Of a DNA stretch of 64,000 nt, positions 49,954-60,447 are shown in pieces. Within the stretch, counting starts at the first letter, position 1. Each line of letters begins with the position of its first letter. The translations under genes and the position numbers were made by a program. Location of the stretch: positions 992,001 to 1,056,000 of the forward strand of contig OZ252243.1 of assembly GCA_965249555.1 (NCBI GenBank), read 5' to 3'. Under the pieces are notes generated by a model. The model did no database searches, was not told the DNA's origin, and saw only the letters and a program-made list of their open reading frames with translations. Source of the stretch: Nitrosopumilus sp. GTDB taxonomy: Archaea; Thermoproteota; Nitrososphaeria; Nitrososphaerales; Nitrosopumilaceae.

Positions 49954-50571
49954 TCAACCATTTTCTTGTTCGATTTTGAATATCTTTGAATTTGTATCTT
50001 CAAAAGTGCTGATTACTAAATTACTTTCAATTTTTTTTAAGAAAAAAACTCCTGTTTTTCCTGATTTTATGATCTGTTTCCCTCCTGGTGATAATACCCA
50101 TTCATTGTTCTCTTTCTTTCTTGCCATTGCAATTATAACAACAGATGAACTTGTTTGTTTTCCAACAGATGAGAGTAACATGATACATGAATTGATGAAT
50201 CTAGCAGATTCAAGATCATCAAACATATTGTAAACTCCGTTAAATGAGTCAATTACAACTAGGAGTTTCTCTTTTGATACTTTAGTTATGATTTCTAATA
50301 ATTCCTTTTTCCAACTTACTTTATCAGGATGAAAAATTGTTACATTCTTTTTTTCCTGAATCATTCCAGATTCAACATATCCTGTGTAAAGCAAATCCAT
50401 ATCTACAAAAATAATTGGATTTTCGACAGAATTGATTAGTCTGTTAAGAAACTCTGCTTTATGGAAAGGTTCTGAACATAACACTATACTCGGTATGTTT
50501 TGTCTAAATTCATTTTGAATATGTGTTAAATTATTATCTAAAACACTCTTAGGATTTTTATCCAACAACAC
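49954..50571 (-). CDS. Hypothetical protein, degenerate RecA/KaiC-like fold
   Basis: IIFVDMD, LVVIDS; no intact Walker A. Confidence 0.65.
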   Translation of the reverse strand: MLLDKNPKSVLDNNLTHIQNEFRQNIPSIVLCSEPFHKAEFLNRLINSVENPIIFVDMDLLYTGYVESGMIQEKKNVTIFHPDKVSWKKELLEIITKVSKEKLLVVIDSFNGVYNMFDDLESARFINSCIMLLSSVGKQTSSSVVIIAMARKKENNEWVLSPGGKQIIKSGKTGVFFLKKIESNLVISTFEDTNSKIFKIEQENG

Positions 50572-50594
50572 TTTAGCATTTTACAGATATAATA

Positions 50595-51746
50595 ATGAAT
50601 TTAGCATCAAAAGATATTTCAGATGATTTTCCTAATTCAGATAAAATCTATCTAAACAATGCATCAGTATCTTTGATGCCTTCTCAAAGTATTGAAGCCA
50701 TGAACGAGTTTCTAATATCATACAATTCAATTGGTCCTGATTCTAAGGATTCAGAATCATTTGTTACTGAAAAACTACAAAATGTAAGAAAAATAATCGC
50801 AAAAATTATTTCCTGTCAACCTGATGAAGTTGTTCTTACTCAAAGTACAACTGATGGAATCAATATCGTAGCAAATGGACTCCCTTTTGATTCTAGATCA
50901 AATATAATAATTCGTGGAATGGCACATGAACATCATGCAAACTTTTATCCTTGGATTAAATTAAAAGAAAAAATTTCAATAAAAAATCTCCCTATAGATA
51001 AAAATGGTTTTTTCAAATTAGATGATCTAAAATCTTACGTTGATGTTAACACAAAACTAGTAACTCTAAGTCATGCTTTGTATAATACTGGTTCAATATT
51101 ACCTGTAGAAGAAATTGGAAATATTCTTCAAAATAGAGTTCCATTCTTTATTGATAGTGCACAAACTATAGGATGTATAGGTGACATTGATGTATCGAAA
51201 ATTAAATGTGATTTCATGTCATTTAACGGCTCCAAATGGCTTTGCGGTCCAATGGGTACTGGCTTGTTTTACTGTAATAGAAAATCAAGTGAATTATTAG
51301 AACCAATGACAATTGGTGGTGAATCTGCAATTATTTATGATGATACAGATCTTGCTTTCAAAGAACTACCTGACAAATTTCAAACTGGTTTTAGAAATTA
51401 TGTTGGAATAGTTGGATTAGAATCATCTGTAAGATATCTGCTAAATTTTGGTATGGGCAATATTCGTGAGAAAAATCAGTACTTGTCAAATCTTTTCAGA
51501 GAAGAATTATCAAAAATAAAAAATGTTATTTTGTATGGACCCGAAGATCCAAATGAGAGAACCAGTATTGTATCTTTTAATATTGATGGTTTTGATTCAC
51601 AAGAAATAGTAGATAAACTTGAAAAACAAGGTATTGTTTTAGCAGTAAGAGAAATTATGGAAAAAAAGATTGTACGAGTATCTCCTCACTTTTTTAACAC
51701 TGAATCTGAAATGCTTCAAGTAATTGATGCAATAAAGAAACTATAG
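50595..51746 (+). CDS. Class V PLP aminotransferase (cysteine desulfurase-like)
   Basis: YLNNAS, EHHAN, DSAQ, NGSKWLCGPMG. Confidence 0.88.
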   Translation: MNLASKDISDDFPNSDKIYLNNASVSLMPSQSIEAMNEFLISYNSIGPDSKDSESFVTEKLQNVRKIIAKIISCQPDEVVLTQSTTDGINIVANGLPFDSRSNIIIRGMAHEHHANFYPWIKLKEKISIKNLPIDKNGFFKLDDLKSYVDVNTKLVTLSHALYNTGSILPVEEIGNILQNRVPFFIDSAQTIGCIGDIDVSKIKCDFMSFNGSKWLCGPMGTGLFYCNRKSSELLEPMTIGGESAIIYDDTDLAFKELPDKFQTGFRNYVGIVGLESSVRYLLNFGMGNIREKNQYLSNLFREELSKIKNVILYGPEDPNERTSIVSFNIDGFDSQEIVDKLEKQGIVLAVREIMEKKIVRVSPHFFNTESEMLQVIDAIKKL

Positions 51747-51998
51747 ACCTTCTTGCTCTTCTATTACCATCATAGTTAACGTTGATTGAACTTTGCTAAT
51801 TTTTCTGATTTTGTTAGTGATAATTGCACGTAATTTTTCAGCATCATCAGATGATAACTTTAAGACAATGTCATATACTCCATAAACTCCTTGAACCTCA
51901 GATGTAACATCTTCTTCAGCAAGAATCTGTTTTACTTCATTAATGATTGACTCATCTGATCCTAAATCTGAATTTAATAGAACATATGCAGTAGGCAC
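51741..51998 (-). CDS. Stand-alone Lrp/AsnC ligand-binding domain
   Basis: AYVLLN, VYGVYDIV, VQSTLT. Confidence 0.88.
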   Translation of the reverse strand: MPTAYVLLNSDLGSDESIINEVKQILAEEDVTSEVQGVYGVYDIVLKLSSDDAEKLRAIITNKIRKISKVQSTLTMMVIEEQEGL

Positions 51999-52073
51999 AC
52001 GAAATTTTTCATCAAACAGTATTTAACCTTTCATAATTCAAAAACTGATTAATCACCATCAAGATTTGTTGGT

Positions 52074-52715
52074 GTGAAACCAATAGATCTAACACTTGCA
52101 ATATCAGAATCCATTCCAAGCTTTCCTGGTTCTCCAAAACCGCAATTCATTTCTTGGTCTGATCTAAAGAATGATGGATATAACCTTGAACTATTATTCT
52201 TAAGCTCTCACACTGGAACTCATATTGATGCACCATATCATTTTGTTAAAAATGGTCTCAAAATCGATCAAATTCCACTTGATAGACTCATTGGAAACGC
52301 TACAATAATCAAACTCCAAAAGACTAGGAATACTTCCATTACCAAATTAGACATTACTTTATTTGAAAAAAAGAATGGAAAGATTTCCAACCACTCATCT
52401 GTCTTCTTTTTTACTGGATGGCAAAAAAATTTGAAAAAAGATAATTATTTCACAGAAAATCCAGGATTGGACATATCTGCTGCTAAATATCTTGTATCAA
52501 AAAAGATCAATCTAATTGGAATAGACTCTCCAAGCATAGATCTTGGAAAAGATGAATCATTTAGTGTTCATCATATTTTATTAAAAAATAATGTTTTGAT
52601 TGTAGAAAACTTGGCAAACTTGAATAAAATTCCATCAAAGGAATTTAATTTTACAATTCTTCCACTAAAGCTTAAAGATGCTACAGGTTCACCCGTAAGA
52701 GCAGTAGCATCATAA
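52074..52715 (+). CDS. Cyclase-family (kynurenine formamidase-like) hydrolase
   Basis: HTGTHIDAPYH, GIDSPSID, IVENL, GSPVRA. Confidence 0.9.
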   Translation: MKPIDLTLAISESIPSFPGSPKPQFISWSDLKNDGYNLELLFLSSHTGTHIDAPYHFVKNGLKIDQIPLDRLIGNATIIKLQKTRNTSITKLDITLFEKKNGKISNHSSVFFFTGWQKNLKKDNYFTENPGLDISAAKYLVSKKINLIGIDSPSIDLGKDESFSVHHILLKNNVLIVENLANLNKIPSKEFNFTILPLKLKDATGSPVRAVAS

Positions 52716-52770
52716 TTTACTCACACAAAATTCCGTAATGCTAAAAATATAGAAAATATCACCATCTTAC

Positions 52771-53265
52771 ATGAGCAAGCCCGGCAATATCTGGAGAAAG
52801 GTTCATGGTAAAGTTACAAAAAAACCAACTAACTTTTCTTGGTTAATTGAAGAAAAATTAGCTGGTTCTGGAATGCCAACAAGTTTTGATGAATTTGGTT
52901 GGCTTCTAAATCAAGGAGTAAAATCAATTGTAACTATGACTGAGAATGCTTTACCTGATAACTGGATAAAAAATGTTAATTATCTTCATGTGCCAACTCC
53001 TGATCTTACTGCACCTGATATGGATAAAATAGATTCAGCAGTAGATTTTATCCATGAACAAATCAAAAATGATCAAGCAGTAATGGTTCATTGTGCTGCT
53101 GGAATGGGAAGAGCAGGAACAATTCTTGCATGCTACTTTATAAAATACAAAGAATTTTCAACAGATGAAGCAATTAAAAAAATTCGAGATGAGAGACCTG
53201 GTTCTATTCAATCTGAAGTACAAGAGTTGGCTATCGGTTTTTATGAAAAACATATAAAAAATTAG
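52771..53265 (+). CDS. Dual-specificity protein phosphatase
   Basis: VHCAAGMGRAG. Confidence 0.92.
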   Translation: MSKPGNIWRKVHGKVTKKPTNFSWLIEEKLAGSGMPTSFDEFGWLLNQGVKSIVTMTENALPDNWIKNVNYLHVPTPDLTAPDMDKIDSAVDFIHEQIKNDQAVMVHCAAGMGRAGTILACYFIKYKEFSTDEAIKKIRDERPGSIQSEVQELAIGFYEKHIKN

Positions 53266-53266
53266 T

Positions 53267-53413
53267 TTAGACGAATTCTGAAACTAGTTTTCCATCAACA
53301 ATTTTAATCTTCAAGGTTTTGTTATCTTCAAAGATCAAAGTTAATCCGCCTTCTGAATCAGGATCTTCAACCTTTACAAGTTCTACCATTTTGATTGAAT
53401 CATATTTTTTCAT
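53267..53413 (-). CDS. 48-aa protein, paralog of adjacent gene, not in ORF track
   Basis: MKKYDSIKMVELVKVEDPDSEGGLTLIFEDNKTLKIKIVDGKLVSEFV; GGTGA SD upstream. Confidence 0.8.
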   Translation of the reverse strand: MKKYDSIKMVELVKVEDPDSEGGLTLIFEDNKTLKIKIVDGKLVSEFV

Positions 53414-53423
53414 TCATGTTCAC

Positions 53424-53576
53424 CTACTCTGGAATCGATATGGTATCGATTTTCCCATCAACTACTTTTATGAACAAAAATCTATTGTCTTTAATAATAA
53501 AGGTAATTCCACCTTCCTTATCAGGTTCTTCTACTTCAAGTATTGGTTGTCCTAGTAGTCCATCGTATTTTGCCAT
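53424..53576 (-). CDS. 50-aa protein, paralog of adjacent gene, not in ORF track
   Basis: MAKYDGLLGQPILEVEEPDKEGGITFIIKDNRFLFIKVVDGKIDTISIPE. Confidence 0.8.
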   Translation of the reverse strand: MAKYDGLLGQPILEVEEPDKEGGITFIIKDNRFLFIKVVDGKIDTISIPE

Positions 53577-53606
53577 GTTGATTCAAACAAAAAGTTCCTT
53601 ATATCC

Positions 53607-54143
53607 CTAATTGATTGTGATCTCAATTTCGTTGGAATTGTTTTTGACACTTCCTGGCTCTGTATAGTCATGCTTTTGCCACGAAGCAAATGCTTCAGAC
53701 CTAATCTTATGTTTACCTTTTCCCAAATCTGATGCTTTGAATACAAATTTTTCATTAAAGTCAAATAATTCCTGTCTTACCTCTTCTCCTGAAAGTCTGA
53801 TAAATGGCTCAAAGTTTTTGGCTACCTGAACCCAAATTCTTTTGTCTTTGTTTGGATTTACCAGTTTTGGATTTCTAGTCCAAAAGATTGATGCCTTTCT
53901 ATAGGTGTCAACAGTACTGCCTAATTCCTTCTTTCTAATTCCACCTGACGTCAATTTCACACCATATTTCAATTTGAATCCAACATCATTGTTGTTGTAT
54001 GCTTTTGTCCAATTTTCCTCGTTAAACGCATCTCTAATGCCTCCTTCAACTAAAAACTGGACATTAATCTCAATATTATCATCTGATGAGTACTCATCAT
54101 TGGATTTTACTAGATGAATCTCTGAAATCTTGCTTTCTCCCAT
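53607..54143 (-). CDS. Hypothetical protein
   Basis: 178-aa ORF upstream of the paralog pair. Confidence 0.75.
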   Translation of the reverse strand: MGESKISEIHLVKSNDEYSSDDNIEINVQFLVEGGIRDAFNEENWTKAYNNNDVGFKLKYGVKLTSGGIRKKELGSTVDTYRKASIFWTRNPKLVNPNKDKRIWVQVAKNFEPFIRLSGEEVRQELFDFNEKFVFKASDLGKGKHKIRSEAFASWQKHDYTEPGSVKNNSNEIEITIN

Positions 54144-54194
54144 GCTAATCGCTCATAATGATTTATATCCACAATAAGTTCTTTTTCCGATTAC

Positions 54195-54473
54195 ATGGAT
54201 GCTCAAGTACTTACTTTAGAACCAAAAAAACTTAGTATTTCAATAAAAGAGGCTGATATAGGAATTTTATATATTATTCAACATGAGCTTCTAAAGGAAT
54301 CCAAAGTCGATTTTGCAGGAGTTATTGTAAAACATCCCCTTACAGATGAAATATGGATGAGAATCAATACTAGCACAAAACCACTAGGAGAGATCAAAAA
54401 AGCTACAGATTCTACAATAAAAACATCAGAAGAATACAAAAAATTATTTAATTCTAAAATTAAGGTAAATTAG
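54195..54473 (+). CDS. rpo11: RNA polymerase subunit Rpo11 (L)
   Basis: VDFAGVIVKHPL; directly upstream of tfs. Confidence 0.85.
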   Translation: MDAQVLTLEPKKLSISIKEADIGILYIIQHELLKESKVDFAGVIVKHPLTDEIWMRINTSTKPLGEIKKATDSTIKTSEEYKKLFNSKIKVN

Positions 54474-54474
54474 A

Positions 54475-54792
54475 TTGAAATTTTGCCCCAAATGTGAGGT
54501 CAAATTAAAAAAGAGTATTTCTGGCCTTCAATGTTCAAAATGTGGTTATACTGAAGGACAAAAAGTAAAGGAAACAAAAAAAATCACTAACGAAGAAGAA
54601 CCAGATTTTTCACTTCTTGCTTTTGAAGGAAATGAAGGAGAAGAATCATATTCAACAATCAAAATGGACTGTGAAAAATGTGGACATAATGAAGCAGTTT
54701 GGTGGATGTTTCAAACTAGAAGTGCAGATGAACCTACAACTCGATTTTATCGTTGTTCAAAATGCAAACACACTTGGCGTGATTACACATAA
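54475..54792 (+). CDS. tfs: Transcription elongation factor TFS
   Basis: MKFCPKC, QTRSADEPTTRFYRC. Confidence 0.92.
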   Translation: MKFCPKCEVKLKKSISGLQCSKCGYTEGQKVKETKKITNEEEPDFSLLAFEGNEGEESYSTIKMDCEKCGHNEAVWWMFQTRSADEPTTRFYRCSKCKHTWRDYT

Positions 54793-54826
54793 CGTTTAAC
54801 TTGAACGTAAAGTCAACAAAGTTGAT

Positions 54827-55573
54827 TTGACTTTTGGAGCAAAAACAAGTGGTTCAGACGATCTAAAGGCAATAATCTCTGCAATATCAACACTTGTTGA
54901 AGAAGCTACTTTTGTTGCAACAGCAGAAGGAATTACTTTTAGAGGAATGGATCCATCACATGTTGCACTTATTGATATATCATGGCCTAATTCTGCATTT
55001 GAAAAATATGAATGCGATAGTGATATAAAATTTGGAGTACGAATAGATGAATTTTCAAAACTTATCAAAAGAGCAGACAAAAAAGATAGTATAGAGATTA
55101 GTATCTCTGAGCAAAATATGTTACTTGTAACAGTTGGAAAAAATAAAAAATATAAAATGCGTTTAATTGAAAGTTCAGCAACTGATACCCCATTACCAAA
55201 AATTCCTTATGATTCAAAAATTACTTTGTCTTCTTCAAAATTTGATAAAGTTCTTGGTGATGTACAAGTTGTATCTGATTATTTAACAATTCAGACATCT
55301 GATTCAAAAGCAGATTTTTCAGGCAAAGGTGACTCTGGTGAAGTCGTAATTGATCTTGACAAAGATGATGAAGATATTGAAGAAATTTTTTCAAAAGCAG
55401 ATAGTATTGGTACTTACAGTCTTGAATATCTTAATCCAGTGATAAAAGCCGTAGGAAGTACTGCAGGCTTGATTACATGTGAGTTTTCGAGCGCAAAGCC
55501 TCTTAGAATTGAATTCAAAGTCGCAAATATTGGTAGAATTCACTTTTACTTGGCTCCACGCGTGGAAAGTTAA
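54827..55573 (+). CDS. pcn: PCNA sliding clamp
   Basis: GMDPSHVAL, YSLEYL, FYLAPR. Confidence 0.95.
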   Translation: MTFGAKTSGSDDLKAIISAISTLVEEATFVATAEGITFRGMDPSHVALIDISWPNSAFEKYECDSDIKFGVRIDEFSKLIKRADKKDSIEISISEQNMLLVTVGKNKKYKMRLIESSATDTPLPKIPYDSKITLSSSKFDKVLGDVQVVSDYLTIQTSDSKADFSGKGDSGEVVIDLDKDDEDIEEIFSKADSIGTYSLEYLNPVIKAVGSTAGLITCEFSSAKPLRIEFKVANIGRIHFYLAPRVES

Positions 55574-55608
55574 AGCATTTAAAGATTAACTAATTCAAGT
55601 ATTTTGAA

Positions 55609-57012
55609 ATGAGACTTGTAATAAAATATGGTGGAACATCAATTTCTACTACTAAAGACATTCAAGATGTAGCTAAACACATTAACTCATTATCAAAAAA
55701 ACATCAAATTCTAGTTGTTTGTTCTGCAATAAGTGGAACTACTGATGATCTTATAGAAATATCTGAGTCAATAAAAAAAGAAAATAAATCAAAAGCTGAA
55801 CAACTTGCGGTAAAAATTATCAATAGACATAAACAATTAGCAAAACAAACAATCAAAAAGTCTGATACACGAAAAAAATTGCTAACAGAACTAGATCTAG
55901 ACTTTACAGAACTTCTTGCATTAATTGATGGAATGGTATTACTGGGTGAAGTTACACCCAGATCAATGGACTATCTAATTTCATTTGGTGAAAGATTATC
56001 AATACAATTAGTTTCCTCAGCAATTAATGATTCAGGTAAAAAATCAATTTCTCTTACTGGCAAAGAAGTAGGAATTGTAACTGATTCTAACTTTGGTGAA
56101 TCCAGACCACTTTTTGATACAACAAGACTGAGAGTATCAAAGACAGTAGATACATTGTTCTCAAAGAAAACAATTCCTGTTGTAGGAGGATTTGCAGGTG
56201 CAGATCAACATGGACATGTAACTACATTTGGTAGAGGAGGTTCTGATTATACTGCAACAACTATTGGTTCTTGTATTAAAGCAGACGAGATTTGGTTGAT
56301 GAGTGATGTAGATGGACTCATGACAGCAGATCCAAAAATTGTTAAAAATGCAAAATTACTCAAAGAAGTATCATACATAGAAGCAATTGAAATGGCTATG
56401 TTTGGTGCAAAGCAGATACACCCACGAACGTTTGAGCCTCTATTAACAAAGAAAATCCCAATGAAGATTAGAAATTCTTTCAATGTAAAAAATGAAGGAA
56501 CTCTAGTAACTGTATCTACTTCTTCATCTGCTAAAAATACCGTAAAATGTGTAAGTAATGTTCGAAATAATGGGTTAATCGATATTCAGGGTGGTAGTAT
56601 GGTTGGAACACCAGGAACTGCAGCCAAGATATTTACAACATTGGCAAAATCCGGAATAAATGTAATGATGATCTCACAAAATCCTTCAGAATCAAGCATT
56701 ACAATTGTAGTAAAGAATACAGATCTTGACAAAGCAGTTAGTGCATTAGAAATAGAATTATTAGGAAAAATTATCAAAAAACTAGAAGTCACTACAAATG
56801 TAGCTATTATTGCATTAATTGGTTCAGGTATGCGAGGAACTGTTGGAGTAGCCTCAAAAGTTTTTGGAGCAATTGAGAAAAACAAAGTTAACGTATCAAT
56901 GATTACTCAAGGTTCATCTGAGCTTAATCTTGCATTTGTTGTAAAAAATTCTGATGCAAATGCAGCAGTAAAAGCTCTACATAATGAATTTACACTTGAT
57001 AAAATTAACTAA
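55609..57012 (+). CDS. lysC: Aspartate kinase
   Basis: KYGGTS, GRGGSDYTA, DVDGLMTADP, two ACT domains. Confidence 0.94.
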   Translation: MRLVIKYGGTSISTTKDIQDVAKHINSLSKKHQILVVCSAISGTTDDLIEISESIKKENKSKAEQLAVKIINRHKQLAKQTIKKSDTRKKLLTELDLDFTELLALIDGMVLLGEVTPRSMDYLISFGERLSIQLVSSAINDSGKKSISLTGKEVGIVTDSNFGESRPLFDTTRLRVSKTVDTLFSKKTIPVVGGFAGADQHGHVTTFGRGGSDYTATTIGSCIKADEIWLMSDVDGLMTADPKIVKNAKLLKEVSYIEAIEMAMFGAKQIHPRTFEPLLTKKIPMKIRNSFNVKNEGTLVTVSTSSSAKNTVKCVSNVRNNGLIDIQGGSMVGTPGTAAKIFTTLAKSGINVMMISQNPSESSITIVVKNTDLDKAVSALEIELLGKIIKKLEVTTNVAIIALIGSGMRGTVGVASKVFGAIEKNKVNVSMITQGSSELNLAFVVKNSDANAAVKALHNEFTLDKIN

Positions 57013-57050
57013 GACAAAATCATTTAAGGGAATAAATTCAATCAGATTTA

Positions 57051-58514
57051 TTGAACAAACAAATTACTATTTTAGTTATTGTAATTTTTGTAGCTAGTAT
57101 TATTTCTATTTCTTCAATATCTGATCAATTTGTAGATGCAGGTTCTAGGAAAAAAATCCACTTTACTCAAACTGTTACCTCTTCTCAAGATCCAGGACAA
57201 GGACATCAAAATCACCAATTGGCACTTATCCTATCGCCGAACGAAGGAACCCTTTATGATGGTTCAATGACCTTTACCTCAAGTAAACCTGTTCAGATAA
57301 TGGTTTTACACGAAATTAACTCTCAAGAGGCAAAAGGCCAACCTACTTGGACTGTTGATGGAAATACCGTTTATGGCTTATCCCTCATTGATTTGGAGGA
57401 AAATTCAGGTTCTTTTGAGTTTACAGGAGCTGCACTTGCATTGCATTCATCTAATTCAAAAGAATTCACTGTAACTGTTAGTGTTGATGGTTGGATACGA
57501 GGACAACCTACTGAAGTTATAATGCAAAAAATTGAATTAGAAAAAGAAGATCCTTCATTGTTACTTTCAAAAACAAATGTTCCAGCTACAATCCCAATGC
57601 ATAAAGGAATTCATGGAGGAAATCAAATTCTTTACATTATAACTGATAGTAGTGATGAAGATTATGCAAAAACACTCTCTGAAAAACAAGGATGGAATGT
57701 TGAACTTGCTCCAGCCATTACAAATGTACCCGAAGATGCTCTTCAAAAATTATTTATTTTTAAAAATGGAATTAAAGGTGATGGAATTTATGGATTCCAA
57801 GATGAAGTATTTTCTAGTACCCCATCACAAGAATCACAATACAGTGCATTGAGTTCTGTAATTGAAGTTACATGGAAAATAGGTCAAAAAGAAATAATGT
57901 TTGAATCTGCAGCTGATGTAATTGCCGCTGAAGAAGGTGGCAGAATTGAATTTAATGAAACAGGAATTGTTCTTAACACTCCTCAAATTGTTTGGCCTGA
58001 TGGACAGATGATGGTACGTTCTGATAAAGAAATTACAGATGAAATGTCATACGGTGGTGGTCAGATAATTGAAATCAATAAGGAAGAATTGACTGTAACT
58101 TTTGTGGCTCATAGAGGCTGGGGACCTGACGGAAGAACAATCTACTATATTGTTACTGATGCCACTCCCTCAAAACCTGCAGAAACAATGGGAGTTGTTT
58201 CATCTCCTGCTTCTGCAAATCTAATAGCTCATTCTGGAGCAGTTGATCTTTTCCAATTTAAAAATGGAATTAAAGGCTCTGGTCCACTAGGATTCCAACC
58301 AGGAATTGCTGGTGCTGCTCTTGGTGATACAAATTACAGCCCAATGTGGAGAATTTATCTAGTTGAATGGAATGATGCAAAATCCGCAAAAATTCTAGAG
58401 ACAAAATCAGATATTGATTCATTTCGTGCAGATGATTTGATATCTGTAAGCATTGCACGACCAACTAATAGTGATCATATAGTTAATTGCCCATTCATAG
58501 ATCCATTCCAATAG
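57051..58514 (+). CDS. Secreted protein with duplicated C-terminal domain
   Basis: Signal peptide; repeated YI(I/V)TD..FKNGIKG.G..GFQ..YS. Confidence 0.8.
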   Translation: MNKQITILVIVIFVASIISISSISDQFVDAGSRKKIHFTQTVTSSQDPGQGHQNHQLALILSPNEGTLYDGSMTFTSSKPVQIMVLHEINSQEAKGQPTWTVDGNTVYGLSLIDLEENSGSFEFTGAALALHSSNSKEFTVTVSVDGWIRGQPTEVIMQKIELEKEDPSLLLSKTNVPATIPMHKGIHGGNQILYIITDSSDEDYAKTLSEKQGWNVELAPAITNVPEDALQKLFIFKNGIKGDGIYGFQDEVFSSTPSQESQYSALSSVIEVTWKIGQKEIMFESAADVIAAEEGGRIEFNETGIVLNTPQIVWPDGQMMVRSDKEITDEMSYGGGQIIEINKEELTVTFVAHRGWGPDGRTIYYIVTDATPSKPAETMGVVSSPASANLIAHSGAVDLFQFKNGIKGSGPLGFQPGIAGAALGDTNYSPMWRIYLVEWNDAKSAKILETKSDIDSFRADDLISVSIARPTNSDHIVNCPFIDPFQ

Positions 58515-58562
58515 AAATTTCACTAAACGGATAAATTACTTGACAAATAATTTGTTTTAAAA

Positions 58563-59357
58563 TTGACTGGTAAACTCTACATTGTTGGTGTTGGTCCTGG
58601 TGACCATAACCATATGACATTTCGTGCAAAAGAAGTAATTATTGAAAGTGATACAATTGTTGGGTATGAAACTTATGTAAATTTAGTTCAAGACCTGATT
58701 GAAGGTAAAACAGTTTACCGTTATGCAATGACACAAGAAGTTGAAAGAGCTCATCAATGCATTGATCTTGCAAAATCAGGAAAAATTGTTTCACTTGTAT
58801 CAAGTGGAGATCCTGGAATTTATGGAATGGCTGGATTAATTTATGAAACACTTGCTGAAAGTGGTTGGAATCCTAAAGATGATCTACAAGTTGAGATCAT
58901 TCCAGGTGTATCTGCACTAAATTCCTGTGCATCAATAGTTGGTTCACCCTTGATGACTGATTTTGCAGTTGTTAGTATGAGTGACTTGTTAGTCCCATGG
59001 GAAATTATTCAAAAAAGGGTTGAAGCTGCAGCACAAGGTGATTTTGTAATTGTTATTTACAATCCAGCTAGTAAGAAAAGAATTCATCAATTACAAGACA
59101 CTAGAAAAATTCTTCTAAAATATAGAAAACCTACAACCCCTGTTGCAATTATCAAAGGAGCGTTCAGAGAATCTGAAACAATTGTTATGACTGATCTGGA
59201 AAATTTACCTAATCATTCTGATAAATTAGGCATGATTAGTACTGTAATTATTGGAAATTCATCCACATACAATTACAAAGATTTGATGATAAATCCACGA
59301 GGATACAAATCAAAATATAATTTAGAAGAACAAACCAATCCAGATCTAAAAGTCTAG
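58563..59357 (+). CDS. cbiH: Precorrin-3B C17-methyltransferase
   Basis: VGVGPG, SSGDPGIYGMA, SMSDLLVPW, YNP, NPRGY. Confidence 0.92.
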   Translation: MTGKLYIVGVGPGDHNHMTFRAKEVIIESDTIVGYETYVNLVQDLIEGKTVYRYAMTQEVERAHQCIDLAKSGKIVSLVSSGDPGIYGMAGLIYETLAESGWNPKDDLQVEIIPGVSALNSCASIVGSPLMTDFAVVSMSDLLVPWEIIQKRVEAAAQGDFVIVIYNPASKKRIHQLQDTRKILLKYRKPTTPVAIIKGAFRESETIVMTDLENLPNHSDKLGMISTVIIGNSSTYNYKDLMINPRGYKSKYNLEEQTNPDLKV

Positions 59358-60400
59358 TGGTTTTTCTTTATTGTCTCGTATAGTTCTTCACTTAGATTTA
59401 GCTTTTCTCTAATTGGAGAAGTTATTTTTACCAAATAACTTCCAACAGTTTGTTTCAAATCCCCTGGATGCAATTTCTTTTCAGCAAAGCCTGTTTCTAA
59501 TTGATTATAATTTGTATATGATACATTCCCGCCAAATTTTTCAGGTCTCTCAACATTCATTTCATTAAACTCATGAAAGATTATTGTTCTTGCAATCTCT
59601 AATAGTGGATTGTTCTGAATATTTGCTTCTTCACACCACGCTTTGCTAATCTTTTTCTTTATTTCATCATCTGTATTATGGATAAAGACACCTGAATTTG
59701 GGTCCGACTTGCTCATCTTTCCTAATATTTGAGAATCACTGGTGTCTGCAGGTTTTGAAAGTCCAGGTAATAGTCTGTGATGAACAGCAACAGGTACTTT
59801 CCATTTCATTTTAGGAAAAATCTCTCTTACTAACATGTGGATCTTTCTCTGATCCATTCCTGAATGAACAATATCTAAATCAAGTGAATGAATATCAACT
59901 GCTTGCATAGGAGGATAAAGTAATTTTGCAAGATCAATCTTTGTTTCATCTTCAGTTCTTCCCATAATAGTTAGAGTACGCATTGTGCGTTTCAGGGACA
60001 TATGTTTAGTGAATTCAATAAACTCCCTCCAGTACTCTTTTTTTGAATCATAAAGCTCAGAACCAAGAACAATATTTACTCCTGGACATACAAGTTTGAA
60101 AGCCTCAGCATAATATTTTGAGACTTTTGTAATAACATCCCAATCACCACCAAGTTTATCATTAATTAGAGTGTGCCAATCTGCAAGAAATACAGTACAC
60201 TTTACTCCAGCTTTCATAAAATCATTAATTTTGAAACCGGTGCTAATCAAACTACCAAGATGTAAGAAACCAGAAATTTCTAAACCAATGTAATGTTTTG
60301 GTGAAGAATTTGTCTTGAATAATTCAATTAATTCATTATGTGTTACTACTTCTTCAGTTGGCGGTCTCTCAATCAAATCTACTTTTTCTAAAATATCCAA
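59354..60400 (-). CDS. tyrS: Tyrosine--tRNA ligase
   Basis: HLGS, YPPMQAVD, GMDQRK, KMSKS. Confidence 0.93.
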   Translation of the reverse strand: MDILEKVDLIERPPTEEVVTHNELIELFKTNSSPKHYIGLEISGFLHLGSLISTGFKINDFMKAGVKCTVFLADWHTLINDKLGGDWDVITKVSKYYAEAFKLVCPGVNIVLGSELYDSKKEYWREFIEFTKHMSLKRTMRTLTIMGRTEDETKIDLAKLLYPPMQAVDIHSLDLDIVHSGMDQRKIHMLVREIFPKMKWKVPVAVHHRLLPGLSKPADTSDSQILGKMSKSDPNSGVFIHNTDDEIKKKISKAWCEEANIQNNPLLEIARTIIFHEFNEMNVERPEKFGGNVSYTNYNQLETGFAEKKLHPGDLKQTVGSYLVKITSPIREKLNLSEELYETIKKNH

Positions 60401-60447
60401 ATCAAAACAACTTTTGAGATCTAAGCCTATAAAGTTATTCTAAATTT

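Noticed and set aside
53319-53764. ORF-track entries 53319+, 53395+ and 53552-
   Set aside because: Better explained by the two minus-strand paralogous microgenes and the 178-aa gene
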